A stretch of DNA of 64,000 nucleotides, taken from Geosiphon pyriformis uo1. Lineage: Eukaryota > Fungi > Glomeromycota. The stretch spans positions 474,779 through 538,778 of the forward strand of contig JAAOMT010000760.1 in assembly GCA_016748015.1 (NCBI GenBank), in the 5' to 3' direction. The position numbers were made by a program, and so were the translations under genes. The notes beneath the pieces were generated by a model. It saw nothing but the letters and a program-made list of their open reading frames with translations. It ran no database searches and was not told where the DNA came from. The first letter of the stretch is position 1, and the number at the start of each line of letters is the position of its first letter. This document shows positions 38,773 through 52,937 of this stretch, one piece after another.

Positions 38773-40143
38773 ATTCCCCTTTAGATCTAAAATGGCTATT
38801 TCAAAATAGGAGAATCATTTGGAATCTTGACATAAAATAATAATCCGATAGATTTTCGAGTCAAAAATTTACATTTGCTCGGCCACTAAAAAAAATATGT
38901 GAAAATTCCCAATAATTGATATCTACAAAAAATGATGCGGAACAATTCTTAATGTCAAATCAGCAATTTGGTTGTCTCTTATATATTTGAATTGGTTCCA
39001 AAAAAAAACCGTAAAAATTATTTGACCAGCAAATTAGAACGCGAATAATTACTATTTAAAAAATGTAAAAAAAAAGAAATTATGTCTATTAATTTGTCAT
39101 TTTGAGTCACGTTCATGCATTCAATACTTTCACCACTTAAAGCGCTCAAACAGAATTTGGAACTTTCGCCTTAGACATTCAAAATGAGATAGTTTACCCT
39201 TGCAAAATTTTTAGCACCCTTTAACTTATCGTTGTGCAAGAGAAACATAATTAAGTGGCCAAGGGTTTAGGAAAAGCTTCAAAATATAACTTAAAGAAAT
39301 TTCTGGCAATGCACCACATATCGCTATGCCCGTTAATTGGGATAAAGATTTGCTTAAAAAGCTCCTCAATTTATCAAAGGTCGAAATTATTTGGAATATT
39401 TAGATCATACATGTATTATGAAAATCTGCTTCTATGTAATTGATCGGAGAAAAGTCTCATTTTGAAAAGCTGTAAAAAATTTCCAAATCAAAGAAAGTCT
39501 TACTACGGATAAAAAGATTAATCTTTCATGAATTCTTTTAAATCCTGTGGATGCACTGTAAAATGATATCTTTCGGATGGCAGAACTGCCCAAAAGAGCT
39601 AAAACTTTGAAAAATCGCTTTTCATAAAATAGATATTATATATTATTCGTTTGTGTGTGTATGGCAGATTGAAGTTATAAAAAATAAATGATATGTATCA
39701 GTCGTGGGAATAATTATTTAATCACATAAGACATCAAATGATCATGCTCTATACATCAATCTTGAATTTTAGACTCAAATAATCTGGTGCAAACTGTTTG
39801 ACTATTATTGTTTGAAAATGAGGATCAATTTTAGAAGCAGACATGTAAAATCATTTGTTTAACTGTAGTTTGAAACAATTAGAATGTTCACCCTTGTGAT
39901 TCTGATTGATAACAGAAAAAATTGTTTCAAAACAAAAGCTTTATAAGTTTGCATACTAAAGGTCAACTAAAAAATATTTGTTTCTTGGGATTCAAAATTT
40001 CTTAAACGAATAATTATAATTTTTATCGCTTCTCATAGTGTATATATATACATACTGCAGCATAAATTTTTTCATAAATTTTTGGATTTAAACGACATTT
40101 AATCATTTGTCTTTAAAATAAGATTCAAAAATTTTCAATTACA

Positions 40144-41101
40144 ATGGGTGATATTGGAAAAGATAAAAACTGGTAATCATAGTGATTTTCATCACTTTTT
40201 AACTGGTAAACCTGTCGTCCATAACCTAAAAAAAATTTTACTTTATAAAGGCCTGTAATTTATCCTTTAATTTACCACAACATCGAAGTGGATATCAATG
40301 AAGCTAGGGCGCGATTACTTGCTAAACGTTCATATAATTTATGGAGAAGTGAGTTTTTTGAGATTCACAAATATTAGTTTTTTAAATCTTTTGTCTGTTT
40401 TTTCTGTTGTTCATTTGTTTTTTGGGTAATTATTAGTTTTCTATATTACGCTGGGCGTAAACGTTTTCGCTGTGTGTGTATTGGCGGTTAACCATTTCGG
40501 GGGAACAAGAATTGAAGCTATCTTCATATCACTTCTCTACTTATTGTTCTTCCCAATATTTGATTTTGCCGGTCGTCATTACTCTCTTTATCGTGGCCTT
40601 AGGTATATATACCGTTTTTGGTCTAATTTATTGGCAATCTTTTGAAGAATTGAATTTTTTTTTCGACTTTGAAAAATACTTTTAAACCCATCTCAAATAC
40701 TTTTATTTTTTCTAGAGATGACAATATATCTCAATTGAGATGGTTTTTCTTGAATCAAGCACTCGTTATTGTTTTTGGATTTTTCATTGGAATTGGGTTT
40801 TTCGAAGGTGGTGGTGGTGGTTTGATCGCAATGATTTATTGTTTTAGCAAGAATAAAATTTTTGCGGGTATCGTGAGTGCTATCTGTTCAGCATTGGTCG
40901 TCTTACAAATTATATACAACATCAAATTGTTTTTTAATGTAAGTTTAATTTTTTTCCATGAGGTTTATGGGTTTTTAAAATTTTTTGTAAAATGAATATT
41001 TAACCGAAATTTTTGTTTGGAACGTTTTCCAGGTCAAAAGTTACATCGAAGATCGTGGCTGGACCATCTTTCCTAATAGTACCACTACGAAGACTGGATG
41101 A
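40144..41101 (+). CDS. SCAMP-family secretory carrier membrane protein (5 exons)
   Basis: Spliced KNWPVIYPLIYHNI..KRSYNLW..NVFA..LYRGL.DD..WFF..GIG..GGGGLIAMI..F..AG, with four hydrophobic segments. Confidence 0.75.
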
Positions 41102-41935
41102 TGACTATTAGGTGTATTTTGTTAGGGGCGCATGAATATATTATAATAAATTAATCTCAACTAATTTCAAAGAATCGTTAATTTTTTTAATCTGGTTTCG
41201 ATCACAAGTTATAGATATTACTTAATTTACAACTAATAGGATCAATGAATACTTTATTACACATTTCGAAATTTTTCTTAAGTTGAGAATATCTGAATGA
41301 CAATTTTTAACAAGTAAAACCTGTAAATGTGAGAATCTTGTCACCTTTTGAGAATCAAGATCAAAATAAATTCGATGCTGAGAAGCAAGGTACCCACAAG
41401 TCTATAGAAAATGTAAAAATTTTTATTCACTTTGAGCTCTCATGAGATTTTCAGGAGTGATAAATGATTGTCAGAAGATTGGAATGTTGGTACTATCATC
41501 AAAAAAAGGAATTCTAATTCTTTATGGCTATTAAAAATCATTTAACGTTAATTTTCAAAGTATTTTTAAATATAAAAAACAAAAAAAAAAACACTAATTT
41601 CTGTGTGTTACAATTAATTTCTTCAATTAAAATATTAAATCATAATTGAACTCTTTTAATTAAAATTTTACTTTTAAACTTGAAATTGTTTTAAATAAAT
41701 TCTAAAATTTACATTATAATTTTGGTCTTGGCTCCAAGTTTTTATCATACGGTGATTTTTATTTTTCGTTTACAGTAGTTTACAAATGAATGTATGAATT
41801 TTTAAAAAACATATTTATTGCTTAGAGTGTGTTTCAACTAAAAAATTATCAAGCCATGTTTTTGTTTATTTTTCGAAGATCCCATCCACCGATTTTAAAC
41901 TTATCTCAAAAGCAAGATTGGATCACCCTTTAGGA

Positions 41936-42371
41936 CTAATGGATAACACAGAATAAATATTGATACATGTATTCACTCTGAAGGAACCCAAAGTATCTAT
42001 GATGAGTCACAATTTTTGCTAATTCAAATTTAACTTTTAATTTTACATTTATAATAGCAAACACCGGATCTATGCCCAGAAAAGCTCGGCAGAGTTTAGG
42101 GACTCTCATGAAACCTTCTCGCCACAGATAAAGTAATCTTATTAGAACTTGATAAGTGATTCTGCAAAAAAATTTTCTGAAAACTAAAGGTTCACATTTG
42201 TTAGAAACTTTTACCATTCTCCAAAAAGATACCAATTTTGATTAAAAGTTCACAATATATGAACCGCCTGAAGAAACCTGAGCCTGTAAATTTTCTAAAA
42301 ACAACTAGAAAATCTTTGGTTCTATTACTTTTAATGGACTTATTATTTTCCAAGAGTTTACGGTAAAAGAA

Positions 42372-42402
<31 letters not shown>

Positions 42403-42754
42403 CAAAACAAAACAAAACAAAACAAAACAAAACAAAACAAAACAAAACAAAACAAAGCAAAACAAAACAAAACAAAGCAAAACACAATAAAACAAAATAA
42501 AACAAACCAAACCAAACCAAACCAAACCAAAACAAAACAAAAAATTTCATTAAAGATATTATGTGGTGGACTCACCATGTTGAAAGCCATAAAACTTGTA
42601 AAGAAGCAAAACATAGTTTCAGGCTTACAGAACACGGACCTAAATGAGCTTTAGTTTTGGTTTTAATGAAGCGAAATGGTAGATTCTTAGAAACCTTTTG
42701 ATTATTGACTTTTTGAAAAGAATCTTTTGAAGATTTTTCAAGTAATTTTACCAT
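41936..42754 (-). CDS. Small hypothetical spliced gene
   Basis: ATG at 42754, GTGAGT donor near 42576, intron containing the (TTTTG)n repeat, downstream AG acceptors and open frames. No recognisable motif. Confidence 0.3.
42374..42540. repeat. (AAAAC)n microsatellite
   Basis: Direct observation. Confidence 0.95.
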
Positions 42755-43608
42755 ATAATTAAGCCGATAGCATTTTACGCCGCAATAATGTGAGCTATAT
42801 ATAGCAAGAATTGTAAAGTTCGGGTTATTTCAATTGTTTATTTGTGAAAGAGAAATGGGAGGATGGGCAGAGCGGCCCATCGCAAATGACTATTGAAGCG
42901 TTTTCATTTCATATAGCAGCCGTGAATTTATAACCAAATATTGAACAAAAATGAAATTGTTAACAAGGATACTAAAAGCTATGACTTTAATTACAAGTTT
43001 TTTAACGCACAATAAGATGACGTAATTTCCCCTCGAACGCTAAGAAATCAATCAAAGAACTTTTAGTAAGTCTCTTTACCTTACGCCCTGTTCCTAATGG
43101 ATTTTGAAATCATGAAGATTTCGTCTGATACAAGAAATAAGAGGCTTAAAATATTAGTATATTATGTCTTTAATTGGATATGCTTGATGATTGGCTATGC
43201 CCAGCTCAAAATATTCTATTTCCCATTACTTTAATGAGTTTGACACGGCTTGACTTAAAGCCAAAAAAGACAATACCTGTGGTAAGATTTGTGATTTGAT
43301 GATTAAAATTTTATCTTAATACATGTATTAAGAATTTGTTCTTTTCCCATTTTCATCCTGAATTTGAATTTAAAATGATAAAAAAGATATTTTATTTTGC
43401 AACTCTCCTATTTGATTCATATTTTTGTTAGGATCCTTGGAAATCGGATCTGTTTAAGAGGAAAAGTTCTTTGCATAGTTTGATAAATGAAATATATAAA
43501 AAAAAAGGGAATCTGAAACAATGAAAAGAACCAATTTACTCTCAAAACTTTCAATCTAAAAAATAAATTTCAAATTTATCTTATCTTCATACCCAAAGAA
43601 TATTTAAA

Positions 43609-44062
43609 ATGAATCAAAATATTTTACTCATCCTAATTAATCTCAATTTTCGTAGCCTCATCATCCACCTTCGTGATTCCCAGTCAAACATTCAGTCAAA
43701 CTTCTGCACAAGTTGCATTTCTGAGAACGACGGATAAAAAAGTAATTAGTGGCGAATTAACTTTCTTCCAAGGCACTGCTGGCGCTACCACCATCACAGG
43801 GCAATTTAACAGTGGAATGGAGTCTGAAAATGTATACACTTTTGTTATAAAAAATGGAACATGTATTAACCCTAAAGACACTATTTATGATTTAAATACA
43901 TCTATTCAACCCTACTTGAGCTTCAATAATGGTGGTATTCCAGCATTCCAATTCATCAAGTCCGATTTGCATATTACTGATGCTAATGGAATTGCTAATA
44001 AACCGTTTATTGTGACTGTTAATGACGAAGTTAATGTTTGCGGTATTATTTCAAAGAAATAA
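43609..44062 (+). pseudogene. Secreted Cu/Zn-SOD-fold-like small protein with a 1-nt frameshift in the signal peptide
   Basis: Removing one A near 43639 gives MNQNILLILIISIFVASSSTFVIPSQ... in frame with ORF 43673-44062 (ISGELTFFQ, TITGQF..G, C...DL, GI, VCGII). Confidence 0.6.
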
Positions 44063-44845
44063 TAACCATATTTTTATTTGTTCATATTTCCAAATTTTGA
44101 ATTTGACTTTTTTTTTTATAAACTTTTCAAATATTTCTAATTTTTTCTCTTCTATTATTATGTCTTTTATTAAAACCAGTTTTTCATCATGATCGTAAAA
44201 TTTTTTTGAGCCAAAGACTTGATTTTTTAGTTATTCAAGAATATTTGCTTTTTAGTTTTTTTTTCATTACTCTACATCAAAATAATAGTTTTGCTTAGTA
44301 AATAAAAGAAGTTGGTAGTCTAGCCCCCACTTCTAATGGTTTGGTTCTCTGATAATTAATTCTTCTTGGCTAAACATTTGGGGAGACTCCAAAAAAGATT
44401 TTAAATATATTGAGCAAATCGACAAAAATTCGGAAATTAAATCAATATTCCTGGCGACTTTTTACACTGTAACAAATACTAATCCATGATCCTTTGAAAG
44501 GGAAATAATTTCATCACGGAATTTCGAGTTAAGGATATAAAAATTTCTTAATGGCATTTTTCATAAAACAAATTTTAATAATTCTAATAGCTTAAACGGA
44601 AATTAAAGGTCTAAAATTCTGGTTGATGATTTTAGCATTTATATTTTCCAATATTAAAAAACTATCCTTAACTCATTTGCCCCCAACTAATAAAACGGAT
44701 AGATTTTTTTATTTTCTTAAGTAAGCTATTGATCTCTTTTGTAATCTGCAAAAAATTCTATTCTACTAAAAATAACGAAATCCAAAATATTTCATATTAG
44801 TTGAATAAACAGAATTTCAATATTAGTTCATAAGGGGTGTTAAAA

Positions 44846-46224
44846 TTAATCAAACCCATTAAATATATATTCAGGAATTCTTTTTAATTGCATGTCTAGA
44901 AAAACATGCCGACGCATTTGAGGATTTCGAGGCTTCACAGATGTGAAATATCGGTTGAAATGAGTTACTTTTTTCTTTGAATTTAGTCAATGCATTCATC
45001 AAATTTGCTTTAAATTCTCGGAATTTTATTCTTTAATATATTGCTTTTCCAAAATTTTTAAGAATTTCATACATTATTTTTGATATAGTTAGGGGATAAT
45101 TATAATTTCACCCTCAATATCTCAATTGATACCTGGTTTTAGCTAAAATTCTTAAGGTATCAAGTGATTCCCTTTGCATTATATTTTGCATTATAGCTTG
45201 ACTTTCGATCCACTTAGCTTGAAGCCATTGCAGCCTTTGAGATTCGTCGATTTGAAGATATTTATTCAAACCACGAGCAATTTCTGGGACCCAATAATAA
45301 CTTGCCCCATCCTTAAAAATATTCTTGCTAGTAAGGATAGGGGATGCTTGGATTAGCTCTTCTGGAATATCCCAATGGACACGAAGTTCATCAGCACTAA
45401 ATGCGAATGAATATTTTCGTGTCAATTTTTCCGAATATCACAAATAGCAGCCTAAGTGCACATAAGGGAATCCCCAGATTAAACACTTACTTCATGACAT
45501 TTTTCCTTAAGCAATTTAGACAGAGCCGAAGAAGGGCACCCCAATATATACCCTGATCATTTGTTACTCCATGACAATGATGACATCCATTATCAAACAT
45601 GGTTAACTCCAAATAACTTTGTTCAGAGATTTGGGGCGGAGGTGACAATGTGAGGTAGTTTAAAGAATCTTGCCTTGCAGTCTTCCAAATCTTTTGGGTG
45701 ATAGTATCAATAGGAGAACTGAGTAGTTCATGAAAATATTTGCAAGTGAATTGAAGTGCAAATAAATCATGAGGCCCCAGCCAAAAACAAATTTCTTTAA
45801 AGATTTCTAAAGAAATTTTCTCGTGATTGGGTAGATTTTTATTCCTTGATCTTTCCAAAGTCTGAAAGTTGGCTACCTGAAGCCAATATTGAATGGCATC
45901 TTGATGAGAGGGTTGAGTATTTGTTAAAAATCCACCAAGTGATTTTTCCTTTGGATTCCTTGATCCTTTTTCAGCAGTAACAGCAAATTCAAATGTATCT
46001 TGGTCATTCTGAATATCATTCATAAAATTTGTGCAACATAGTTCAAAATCGAGTGATATGTCAATTTCTTCATCCGTTATTGTTGAGTCGCTATCATTTT
46101 CACTCTTCACTGATATATCGACTTCCCCTGTAAAAAGTTGATTATTCAGTTCTTCCGACTCACTATCCTCACAGCTCATCAGCGAAAGAGCTCGTTGGAG
46201 GCTCCCAATTTCTTTGAAAATCAT
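44846..46224 (-). CDS. F-box domain protein (2-3 exons; 3' end uncertain)
   Basis: ISLEIFKEICFWLGPHDLFALQFTCKYFHELL..IWKTAR; C..C / LC..C motif; GTAAGT donor near 45490. Confidence 0.8.
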
Positions 46225-46559
46225 TGACCTTGGAAAATTTTATTAAAAGTTGAATGTGTTTTCTTTAAAAGAGGAGAAAATATTTAGGTTTCGATACATA
46301 CGAGACAGAGGATTTTTCGTATTGATATTTAAAAGACATTTCTTCCCACGGAATTACAAGTAATGTTAAGAAAAGGAACTGTAATTGCGAAAATTTTCTG
46401 AGGGATATTAATACATCACAATCATCTTATCTCGGATGGTCAATCATAACATAACTGCAATTTTTTATCGTAGATGATACAAATCAGGAAAGACACACAA
46501 CCTGATCAGCAGCATATCTACCAACATTTATTGCAAAAGCAACCTTTAAATTTAATGCT

Positions 46560-48450
46560 TTAAAAAAAGTATTAATTCCTTGTGACAGAAAAGATAAATA
46601 ATCTTAATAGCTTCTTTACGAATGATTAAAATTTTATATTTATAAAACTCAGAAGTTAAATTTGTTAAAAATAGCAATGTCACTTATTTTTTTAACTATA
46701 AAATTTTTTAATCTTTTATAAAAATCATTTTGGATTTTAGCAAAAAATAAAACAAATATGACAAGCTTAAAGAAAAATCACAAAAACCTATCAAACATAA
46801 TAATTATCATTAATTAAATCGTCTTTTTCATATTTCACTCTTAACTTTGCCACACTCACTCACTCACTCACTCACGATGCATTATCAAAAACGTTCAAAC
46901 CAAAAATATTCATGAATATTTTAATAATAAAATTTATTTTAAAAAAAAACATTAGACTTTTGTGTTATTATTTTTTAGCTTAACAAAAAAAATAACAACA
47001 TGTTAAATTAATTTGAAAATGATAATTGGTTAACTATTTAATTTTAATCTTGAAAAATAGAAATAGATTTAAAAAATTAAAACAAAACTATTATTATAAC
47101 AAAATAAAAGATTCGGAATTCAATTGTAACTAATTTTGACAATTTTTATTAGAAATTTACTATTTTTTATATTTAAAAACCTTAGATAATTTAGGAATAT
47201 AACAATATAAATCTAATAATTCAGAAAAATAAAATAAAACTTTCATTAAAATTATATTAAAAAATCAATATATATTATTAAATATTATAAAAACTTTTTT
47301 TTCAAAATACAATTTTTTATGCATTTTTTTTCTTCAATATTAATTGAAAAGTGTAAGCTCAAGTAAACTTTTCAAAATTTTAAATTATATTTTATTGAAT
47401 AATTCTTTATATTTTAATATAAAATTTTTTTTTTTTTTGACATTAAAACAAATTAAAATAATAATAGTAATAATTATAATAAGTTTTGAGTAATTTTACT
47501 TTTAATTTTATTCTAATTTTTTTTTTTGATTATAATTAATTCAAAAAATTGATCAAGCGAATATATTAAAAGTAAAAATGATATTATAATTTACTTCTCT
47601 AATTCTTGTATGCACCAACTTTAGAAAATTTTTTAAATATTATAATTACTTGAATTTTTTATAATTGAAAATTGATAAAAATTATCATAATCAATTTTAA
47701 ATAGCATAATTAATTGAAATTGTTGTAATTTATAGCAGTTTTGTACAATTTTTTATAGAATTTGGGTCTGATTAAAAATAAAATTTATTTAAAAAAAAAA
47801 CTTATAAAAGTTTTATTGTTACTTAAATAAAAAATATTACTATTATTATTTTACATTTAATATATTTAAATTCTTAATTTTACACAAATTCTAAAAAAAT
47901 ATTTAAACTAAATAAATTTAAAAGTTAAATCTAAAATCTAAAAAATTATAATTATTATTTAATTTTTAATGTAATTCTAAAAAAAATTTTAATAAAAAAA
48001 AAAAAGATTTTGACCAATATCAAAATTTATCATGAACTGTTTAAGGTAAATATATATATTATAAAAAACTATCACAGTTTGGATTTATTTTTTTTCATAA
48101 AAATATTTGTTTATTTTTACAAGAATCAATGGATTATTAAAGCTTTTAATTAATTTTAATTAAATTAAAAATAATATATTAAATAAAAATGCAATTTTAC
48201 CAATAATTAAATAATGATAAGTTAATTGAAAAATATTTTTATATTCTATTGAACATTGAAAATAAGAATTTATATTTCAAAACTGACAAAAAAAAACCAT
48301 AATTTTTCTTTCTTTCAAATGGTTCTTTTTTGATGGAACAGAAAATATTCTTTTGTTTTCAGACAAAACTTAAAATAAATTTTTATTACTTAATATACTT
48401 TAAACATATTTTGTTTTATTGACGCTAAAAGAATTTGGTCGTTTCAACGG
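46560..48450. other. AT-rich tract with (CACT)n at ~46852-46874; possible eroded repeat
   Basis: Composition only. Confidence 0.35.
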
Positions 48451-49338
48451 TTATATTTATCCCAAAAACTAATTCCGAAAAAAATAAGCTTCAAAATGTA
48501 GCATCTTGATAATTCTTAAAAAGTCAGCTTAAAATATTCAATAAACTTTTTCCTTAAAATTTATTTACAAATTTCCAGGATAAAGAATTTTTTCTATGAT
48601 CAATTCTAGATAATTAAATTCCCAATTGATATAGTATCACAAAAACGAATATTTGCGCAAAGAAATATCAGGAGAAACGATACTCCATTGTGATCTCTTT
48701 CGTGTCAAAACATTTCAATCTAAATGAAATAAGAGAATAAGAGCGATATCTCATGAGCCAATCTTACGCAATTTAACTGGGACATGCGAGAACATCCAAG
48801 CTCGGTACTTTTTAAATCCTAACGCCCAATTCCATTGTTTGATTGATCCAGAAAAATCACAATTTTTTTCCGTTCTTTCACATTTGATGCAGCAGCATTC
48901 AACAATTTCCCCACCTTACGACTCACAAACTCTTTAAGCATTGACGTCTTGTTTCGAGATACAACCACAAAATAAGTTTAGAATGATAAAATGTAACAAA
49001 CCAAGATAAAAATAGGCAGAAGCTTTGGATTAATATAATACAAAAATTCAAAGAGTTACAGTAACTGACGCATGGTACCCTCGGAGAAAAAAATAATGTA
49101 GGAGACGAAAGAGCATGTGGCAGGTTTCTTGAAATTCGGGAACTTAATTGCCGTGGATAATTAAAACATAAATTCTAATAACCCCTGTTGATTTTACAAA
49201 AAAGAAATCCTCTTTGCGGTAACAGCTTCAATTTTTTTCAAGCTTGAGTATTTAGGATTGAGTTCAACTTTAACTTTATCCTTGTGACATATTTTATCCT
49301 TTCAATTCCATCCTTCAAAGCCCGGAAATATTTACATC

Positions 49339-50450
49339 ATGAAAGGAATCTTTAGAAATTTATTCATTCTTACAGCTTCTACATCATTAGTTTTAGCTTC
49401 AGATATGGTTAGGCCAGAAATATCCTCCCCGTATGATCTAGGCTTATCAGACCCAATTACTACAATTCCTAACCAAGACTCATCTCCAACTTCCGGACAA
49501 GAAACTTGTGAATCACTGCTTAGTATTCCATTGTGTACAACTTGTCAAAGGATTCTTTACTCTCCTTATATAAATGAAACTTTAAAATCATGTTTCGCTG
49601 CGAATTTGTTCAATCCAAATGTAAACCTTATACAACTTTCCAGAAATCTTGAACAGTTTTGTGCACAACCTTGCGAGGAAAATGTAGTTCATGAATTCTT
49701 AAACAAAGTTCAAAATGATTGTCGAGATGAATTAAAAGGTTTAAACATGACAATTATAATTGGAAAGGAAAATCAGTTGAAGGACGATGGTGTGCTGTTG
49801 TATTTTAACGCCTTATATTCTACCTTGCCACAACGCTTCTCTTACTGTTCAAAGAATTCGAGTGGTGGTAAAGAAAATTTATTTTTTAGGTGAATTTCTT
49901 GAATGAGATTAGGAAGACTAAATATTAACGTTTCACATATTTTATTTTGTATACAGGATACTGTTTGCTTGATTTGAAATCCCAAGTCAGCAATTACATC
50001 TCAAGCCTTAATCAATTTGGCGATGCCTATATTAAACTCTCCCCACCTGATACTCAAATAAGAATTCTCCTCGAAAATAAAGATCAAAGCACAAATGTGA
50101 CAACTAAAGAGACAGTTAATAGTCAACAAACCTTACTACCTTTACCCAAGAATATCTCTTGTACAGATTGTTTCACCAATATTGTGAAAACTTGGGTAGA
50201 GTACCCAAACACATTTCCCTTTACGAATAACATGTTGAAAGGATTTTATGAAAGCCATATTGATGACGTGAAAAAAAGTGTAAGTCAAGAGTGTGGGGTG
50301 AAGTTTAATGTGATTGGATCAAATGCTGGTACAACTAATTTTGAACTCGATATGGAAAACACTAGCGGTGCTGTTAGAGTGTTAGATATTAATCTCTTTG
50401 GGATTTTTATGATGACCATAATTGTCTTATGGTTTAGATTACATTTATAA
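49339..50450 (+). CDS. Cys-rich secreted, probably GPI-anchored protein (paralog 1); intron ~49868-49956
   Basis: Signal peptide; TCE..C..CQ..C..C...C..C..YC.K..G|YC..CTDC..C; small-residue omega-like site plus hydrophobic C-terminal tail. Confidence 0.85.
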
Positions 50451-51203
50451 GTTTTGATCAAGTATCAGTGTTCAGATGATTGCTTTAATGATCATTGTAC
50501 GTTAAATAGACTAGAAATGAAATTGAATGGTTTTAAATAGATAATTTTGGGAAATCTGGAATCAAAGGAAGTTTTTTTTAAAAAAGATTTCATCTATTAA
50601 CGATTACTTGGCAAACTCTAAATGCCATACTATTTCTTATCTCACTATTCCTTCGCCCACAACCACATGAGCAATTTTAAGCAACATACAACGCGACTCA
50701 CATATGATATCCCAACTTTTCTTTTTTTTTATTTACTTGAAAGAGAATTTTTCACTCACAGGCATGACTTTCACAGGACGCTATGTCATTTTTAGGGTAT
50801 CAGGCTTTTTTTGGGTTGTTTATTTGCAAGGTTCTAAAAATATCCCAAGTTAGAACGATTATCTTTCTTATCAGTTATGGGATGAAAAAAGAACAAATCA
50901 GACGTTTTAAAAATTTTGATACCGAGTAATTTTTTTTTAAATAAATCTCTTGATAAAGTTAATGTGTCAGGATTTGGGATTATAAAGAAAACGGGGGATG
51001 CACAATCATAAGGCTCTAGAACAATGAAAGTCAAGATTTGAACATGTATAAGCCTCTCCTACTTTGAGATTATAAATTTTTCAACCTTCTTTCTTGGCTT
51101 TCTTATTTTTCCAGTGAATCTTGAACATAAAAAGAGATAATTTGCTGAAAATCTGAACAATTTTTTTTCATCATTTCCTTTGAAATTTAAAGTTCAAATA
51201 AAA

Positions 51204-51356
51204 ATGGCCAAATTCACATCAATCCTCATATATCTAACTTTTTTAACTCTCATTAAAATTAACGTCGATGCCAAACCTACTTTCGGTGGTTCAAATAAAG
51301 GCACGAACAACAGCAACAACAACAGCAACAACAGCAACAACAACAGCAACAACAGC

Positions 51357-51388
<32 letters not shown>

Positions 51389-52394
51389 CGTGATCAATAG
51401 TAATAACGGCAACAATATGTATTGTTATAACAATTTATGTTTTGTTTCTGGTTCTGGTAAACCAAAGACTTGCGAAAAACAATTTAAAGTAGCCAGTTGT
51501 ACTAGTTGTCAAAAAGCTATCTACTCAAATTCCCCAGATTCTGCTGCAGAATGTTTACCAGATCCGACAATCTTTATGGGATTTGAAAGTTATAAAAGTG
51601 AATTGGACTCTTATTGTGGAGAAAAATGTGATTCAGGCGCTGTGAAAAAATTTCTTGAAAATATTCAAACCAGTTGTAGTTTGGAAATTAGTTCGGCAAT
51701 AAAATCTCAGAATGATAATGGAGATGGATTTAATTCAAGTATTAAAAGAGTAGTGACTGATTTTTATAAAACAATTCCATTACGAAATTCTTATTGTTTG
51801 AAGAATGCCAATCAAGGTATATACTAAATGTATTTGATAATTATTTTTATTGAATTTCTTTTGAAAACTTGCATATCATTTCATATAATTTGAAATTTTA
51901 TTTTATTTTATTTTCTATCAGAATACACGATTCTTGATGTGTTAAACGAAATGAAAAATTACCTGGCTAATAGCACTACTGGGGCCTATCTCGATGACAT
52001 TAATGAAGATTTTAATCCCCCATCAGGTTTTCTAACTTATAACACTGACGATGGTATTTTTGGAACGGCTACTCCAATTCCGAAAAATATTCTATGCAGT
52101 GATAGTTATAAAGACATTGTAACACAATGGATTAATTACACCAACAGCACTCCTCTTATCATCACTGATCTTAAGAATTTGGTTGATCAAAGTTTGGCTC
52201 CAGTTAAAGGAAATCTAACATCTAGTTGTGATTTCAAATTTAGTTCTTCATCTGACCGTAGTTCTTCATCTGGCCGTAATTCTATTGATAAAGGGTTAAA
52301 TTCTGGTACTAACGGTTTATTAATTGAAAACTTGAATTTAGTTGGAATGTTTAGTGCCTTGATTAGTATCTTTTTTTTTATGTTGTTGGTTTAA
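51204..52394 (+). CDS. Cys-rich secreted, probably GPI-anchored protein (paralog 2) with poly-Asn; intron 51817-51921
   Basis: Signal peptide MAKFTSILIYL..VDA; same Cys framework; Ser-rich linker and hydrophobic tail. Confidence 0.85.
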
Positions 52395-52937
52395 ATTTAG
52401 AATTATTTTTTTTTACACCTCCTCAAGATTGATAGAGGTAAAAATTTTTAAATAAGAGTCATTAGTCTTTCGTCTCAAATCTCTTTAATTTTTTTCTGTT
52501 CATAATAAAAACTTTATTATTTCTATAATATTTATATAATTTATTTTAATTCCTGATTTAAACGAAACAAATATATTATTGATATTTTGTAAAAATTATA
52601 ATTTAATGGCTGTTGTTGTTGCAAAAGTTTCAAAAATTGATTTTGTGGTACAAGTATATATATGAATCAATTTAAAAAAAAAAAATAAGATAATTTTAAA
52701 TAAAAAGATCTAATGATAATCTCCAATATTTTTATAATATTAAATTTTTTTTTATTCGATGAATCTTATTATATAAATTTATTTTTTTAAATGGCGTCAA
52801 ATTTATTTTTGCTTATCAATACGAAACAAATTCTTTCCCTAATTTTTTTCATTGGGTACCAAAAACTTTTATGTAATAATTTTTACTCTATGTTAATTAT
52901 ACAGTGGCTATTTTTAAAAAATTGGTTTCTTACAAGT

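Noticed and set aside
42201-42635. Hydrophobic FCFVL-repeat ORFs
   Set aside because: Translations of the (AAAAC)n microsatellite, open in all three frames.
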